Assembly: GCF_006345805.1 (NCBI RefSeq)
Contig: NC_043023.1
Span: forward strand, 20,026,001 to 20,090,000
Source: Octopus sinensis
Taxonomy: Eukaryota
Direction: 5' to 3'
DNA: 64,000 bases
In this document: positions 59,240 to 64,000 of the stretch, piece after piece
How the letters are laid out: each line of letters opens with the position of its first letter
How positions within the stretch are numbered: the first letter of the stretch is position 1
Notes under the pieces: model-generated
Database searches by the model: none
The model's input: the letters and a program-made list of their open reading frames with translations, nothing else
What the model was told of the DNA's origin: nothing
Made by a program: the position numbers and the translations under genes

Positions 59240-59960
59240 CCACCAGCATGGGGGCCAGTCAGGCAGTACTGGCAACGACCTCACTCGAATCTTTTTACAC
59301 ATGTCACAGGCACAGGTGCCAGTAAGGTGATGCTGGTAACAATCATGCTCAAATAGTGCCCTTTTACGTGCCACGGCATGGGGGCCAGTCAGCTAGTACT
59401 GGCAATGACCTTGCTCAAATCTTTTTATACATGCCACCTGCACAGGTGCCAGTGAAGCGACGTTGGTAACGATCACGCTCAAATGGTGCCCTTTTATGTG
59501 CCATGGCACAGGGGCCAGTCAGGCGGTACTGGCAATGACCTCGCTCGAATCTTTTTATACATGCCACCTGCACAGGTGCCAGTGAAGTGACGTTGGTAAC
59601 GATCACGCTCGAATGGTGCCCTTTTACGTGCCACGGGTATGGAAGCCAGTTGGCTGCTCTGGCAACGATCGCACTCGGATTGGCACCCTACTAGCACAGG
59701 CACAAGTGCCAGTAAGGCGACGCTGGTAACGATCACACTCGAACGGTGCCCTTTTATGTGCCACCGGCACGGAAGCCAGTTGGCCGCTCTGGCAACGATC
59801 ACGCTTGGATGGTGCTCTCGGCACCCTACTAGCACAGGCACAGGTGCCAGTAAGGCGACGCTGGTAACGATCACACTTGAATGGTGCCTTTTATATGTCA
59901 CTGGCATGGAAGCTGGTTAGCCGCTCTCTCAACGATCACACTCGTATGGGGCTCTTTGCA
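59240..59960. repeat. SINE-associated minisatellite (about 120-bp units)
   Basis: Recurring CACAGGTGCCAGT(A/G)AAG..GGTAACGATCACGCTCGAATGGTGCCCTTTTA. The reverse complement lies at about 44660-44960. Confidence 0.75.
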
Positions 59961-60462
59961 CCCTGCTGGCACGGATGCCAAGACCCTTCTGTCAGTCCTG
60001 AATGACCACGGGGTTGCACATCAAAGGGAAAGATCGCCCCAAGAGAATACCTATTTCTTTACTACCCACAAGGGGCTAAACGCAGACAGGACAAACAAGG
60101 ACAAACAAATGGATTAAGTCGATTTTATCGACCCCAGTGGGAAACTGGTACTGGCAAAGTCGACCTCGGCGGAATTTGAACCCAGAATGTAGCGGCAGAC
60201 GAAATACCGCAAAGCATTCCGTCCAGCTTGCGAACGTTTCTACCAGCTCGCCCCAAGAGAATACCACTTATTCTTTTATTTGTTTCAGTCGTTTGACTGC
60301 GGCCATGCTGGAGCAGTCTAATGAGTGAAAGAAATAAAAGATGAGAAAATATAAGATGATTGTTAAATGGTTTCCATGGGAACAAATTAAATAATAACAC
60401 TTCTAAATTCAAAAGAGTTTTTATAAATAATTTATTTTCCATATATTTTATACACACACATC

Positions 60463-60494
<32 letters not shown>

Positions 60495-60919
60495 CTCATA
60501 TAGATGTATATATATATGTGTGTGTGTGTGTGTTTGTATATATGTTTTTATTTTAATTTTTTTAATCATTGCATTTTTATTAATTTTTTTTTGCCGAAAT
60601 CTACAAAACTTAAATTAAATTCAGAAAATACAAAAAGAAAAATAAATAAATCAAAAAAAAAAAAAAAAAACAACGGGGGGACGAAAAAATACTTTTTTTT
60701 GACTGACAGAGAGATGGAGAGAGAGAGACTCACAGACAGAGGAAAATAAAAAAAATTATTATTTTTCTTTTTATTATGAAAGTTTCACGCAAAAGATTTT
60801 TTTCGGCATTGTGACATTGCTAAGATGACATGTTGGTAGAAAGCAATCGGGTTTCTCTCTGAGTTCTGCTGATTTATTCTTGACTTGAATGATTGGCGCC
60901 ATTCCACTGGTTTTCTGGT

Positions 60920-60996
60920 TTATTTGTCACTGCTCAGACAACCAGCACCTTGGCCAAAACCATAGCCACTGGGACCAAAGTTCTTGCCGTAGCAGT
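60920..60996 (-). CDS. CSRP: Last coding exon of a cysteine- and glycine-rich protein (CSRP/muscle LIM protein family): CYGKNFGPSGYGFGQGAGCLSSDK*
   Basis: Long pyrimidine tract plus CAG| at 60997/60996, TAA at 60922-60920. CY-x-KNFGP-x-G-[YF]-GFGQGAG is the glycine-rich motif after the LIM domain in CSRP/MLP proteins. Upstream exons are not in the window. A U-rich 3' UTR runs toward about 60420. Confidence 0.85.
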
Positions 60997-62574
60997 CTGT
61001 GAATAGAAAGAGAGAGAGGAGAAAAAATGAAGGGAAGAAGAATTTATGAAGAAATGATTGATTGATTGATTCTAGTTTCAGCTCATGAGCTGTGGCCATG
61101 CTGGGGCTAGAGAATTAAAAAGTACATCATCATCATCATCATCATTTAGCATCCACTTTCCATGCTAGCATGGGTTGGACGGTTCAGCTGGGGTCTGGGA
61201 GACCAGAAGGCTGCACCAGGCCCAGTCAGATCTGGCAGTGTTTCTACGGCTGGATGCCCTTCCTAACGCCAACCACTCCGTGAGTGTAGTGGGTGTTTTT
61301 TACGTGCCACCCGCACAGGTGCCAGACGGAGCTGGCAAACGGCCATGAAACGGATGGTGCTTTTACGTGTCACCGGTACGGGGGCCAGGCGAGGCTTGCA
61401 ACGGCCACGAACGGATGGTGCTTTTACGTGCCACCAACACGGGGGCCAGACAGAGCTGGCAAACGGCCACGAACGGATGGTGCTTTTACGTGCCACCGAC
61501 ACGGGGGCCAGACAGAGCTGGCAAACGGCCACGAACGGATGGTGCTTTTACGTGCCACCGACACGGGGGCCAGACAGAGCTGGCAAACGGCCACGAACGG
61601 ATGGTGCTTTTACGTGTCACCGGTACGGGGGCCAGGCCAGGCTTGCAACGACCACGAACGGATGGTGCTTTTACGTGTCACCGGCACGGGGGCCAGGCGA
61701 GGCTTGCAACGGCCACGAACGGATGGTGCTTTTACGTGCCACCGACACGGGGGCCAGGCGAGGCTGGCAACGGACATAGAAAAAAAAACTCTGCAAACAT
61801 TGGGCAATAATCTGCGCTTGAGGAGGCCCATCAAGCCAAGGGAAAACGTAGTTGTGGTCAACGCCAGTGTCAAATAACTGGCTTCTGTGCCAGTGGCACG
61901 TAAAAAGTGCCCTCCAAATGTTGGGACTCATGGGGTTAGTGACAAGTGACCTAGACTTTGGCAATATACTGTGTATGAGAAGAACTGTCAAGTTGAGCAA
62001 GATCATAGTCATGACTAATGTCCAGTGTCATGCGAGTGGCTTCTGTGCCAGTGGCATGTAAAAAGTACCCACTACACTCTTGGAGTGGTTAGCATTAGGC
62101 AAGGCATCCAGTCATAAAAAAAACTTGCCAAATCAGATTGGAACCTGGTGCAGCCTCCTGGCTTACCCGTTTTCAGTCAGGCCATGCTAGCATGGAAAGC
62201 AGACGTTAAATGATGATGATGATGATATCTGTGTATGTCCTTAGTTGCCTCTGACCACTACCTGATGACCAGCGTTGGTGAGTTTACGTCCCTGTAACAT
62301 AGAGGTTCAGCAAAAAGAGACTAACAGAATAAGTGCTAGGCTTAAAACAGAAGGCGAAAAGCAAATAAAAATGATAAGCACACGGGGGTTGACTCATTCG
62401 ACTAAAACATGTCCAGGCAGTGCCCCAGCTTGGCCACAGTCTAATGACTGAAACATCATCATCATCATCATTGTTTAATGTCTGCCTTCCTTGCTGGCAT
62501 GGGTGAGATGAATTTATAGGAGCTGGCTCGGCAGAAGCCTGTACTAGACCCCTGAGACTGTTTTAGCAGGGTTT

Positions 62575-63970
62575 TTACAGCTGAATGCCCTTCCTAACAC
62601 CAACCACTTTGTGGTTTTTATGTGACACAAGCACAGGCGAGGTCAGTTTTGGAAAGGTTTTTATAGCTGGATGCCCTTCCTAACATCAACCACTCAGTGG
62701 AGTGGTCTTTGTGCTTTTTACGTGGTACCAGCACAGGCGAGTTCAGTTTTGGAAAGGATTTTTACAGCTGGATGCCCTTCCTAACACCAACCACTTTGTG
62801 GACTTTGTGGTTTTTACGTGACACAAGCACTAGCGAGGTCAGTTTTGGAAAGGTTTTTACAGCTGGATGCCCTTAACACCAACCACTTAGTGTAGTGGAC
62901 TTTGTACTTTTCACGTGGTACCAGCACAAGCGAGTTCAGTTTTGGAAAGGATTTTTACAGCTGGATGCCCTTCCTAACACCAACCACTTAGTGGACTTTG
63001 TGCTTTTTACGTGGTACCAGCACAAGCGAGGTCAGTTTTGGAAAGGATTTTTACAGCTGGATGCCCTTCCTAACATCAACCACTTAGTGGACTTTGTACT
63101 TTTTACGTGGTACCAGCACAAGCGAGGTCAGTATTGGAAAGGTTTTTACAGCTGGATGCCCTTCCTAACACCAACCACTTTGTGGACTTTGTGCTTTTTA
63201 CGTGACACAAGCACAGGCGAGGTCGGTTTTGGAAAGGTTTTTATAGCTGGATGCCCTTCTTAACACCAACCACTCAGTGGAGCGAACTTTGTGCTTTTTA
63301 CGTGACACAAGCACAGGCGAGGTCGGTTTTGGAAAGGTTTTTATAGCTGGATGCCCTTCTTAACACCAACCACTCAGTGGAGCGAACTTTGTGCTTTTTA
63401 CGTGACACAAGCACAGGCGAGGTCGGTTTTGGAAAGGTTTTTATAGCTGGATTCCCTTCTTAACACCAACCACTCAGTGGAGTGGTCTTTGTGCTTTTTA
63501 CGTGACACAAGCACAGGCGAGGTCGGTTTTGGAAAGGTTTTTATAGCTGGATGCCCTTCTTAACACCAACCACTCAGTGGAGTGGACTTTGTGCTTTTTA
63601 CGTGGTACCAGCACAGGCGAGTTCAGTTTTGGAAAGGATTTTTACAGCTGGATGCCCTTCCTAACACCAACCACTTTGTGGACTTTGTGCTTTTTACGTG
63701 GTACCAGCACAAGCGAGGTCAGTTTTGGAAAGGATTTTTACAGCTGGATGCCCTTCCTAACACCAACCACTTAGTGGACTTTGTGGTTTTTGTGTGACAC
63801 AAGCACAGGTGAGTTCAGTTCTGGAAAGGATTTTTACAGCTGGATGCCCTTCCTAACATCAACCACTTTGTGGACTTTGTGGTTTTTGTGTGACACAAGC
63901 ACAGGTGAGTTCAGTTCTGGAAAGGATTTTTACAGCTGGATGCCCTTCCTAACATCAACCACTTTACAGA
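62575..63970. repeat. Tandem array, about 96-100-bp SINE-derived unit, roughly 14 copies
   Basis: GCACAGGCGAGGTCAGTTTTGGAAAGG...CAGCTGGATGCCCTTCCTAACACCAACCAC. A related 3-copy array lies at about 21170-21460. Confidence 0.92.
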
Positions 63971-64000
63971 GTGGACTGGATGTTTTTTTTTAAGTTAAGG

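Overview
Repeat-saturated eukaryotic genomic DNA. The SINE, LINE and microsatellite complement matches coleoid cephalopod (Octopus-like) DNA; this assignment is by recognition, not by database search. Three spliced genes could be assembled by hand from GT-AG boundaries with consistent intron phases. (1) RSPH14 (radial spoke head 14/RTDR1, ARM-repeat) on the + strand: 10 coding exons, 31870-58534, 1017 nt, 338 aa. (2) A divergently transcribed - strand gene with 8 phase-consistent coding exons (22527 down to 285; 3' end unresolved), whose protein carries a short motif resembling the conserved core of the meiotic crossover factor PRR19. (3) The last coding exon of a CSRP/muscle-LIM-type gene on the - strand (60996-60920), convergent on RSPH14. 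Genes 1 and 2 appear to share a compact CpG-rich bidirectional promoter (about 28810-29035) with an RFX X-box-like motif. Intergenic and intronic DNA is made of CR1- and RTE-clade LINE fragments, several SINE families, non-autonomous Helitron-like elements, piggyBac-type MITEs, tandem arrays built from those elements, and long microsatellites. Several hammerhead-ribozyme-like modules of the Penelope-associated type are present; the best preserved is at 43492-43578 (-). Nearly all ORFs in the supplied track are repeat artefacts. Scattered 1-nt indels in some tandem copies may be long-read errors.
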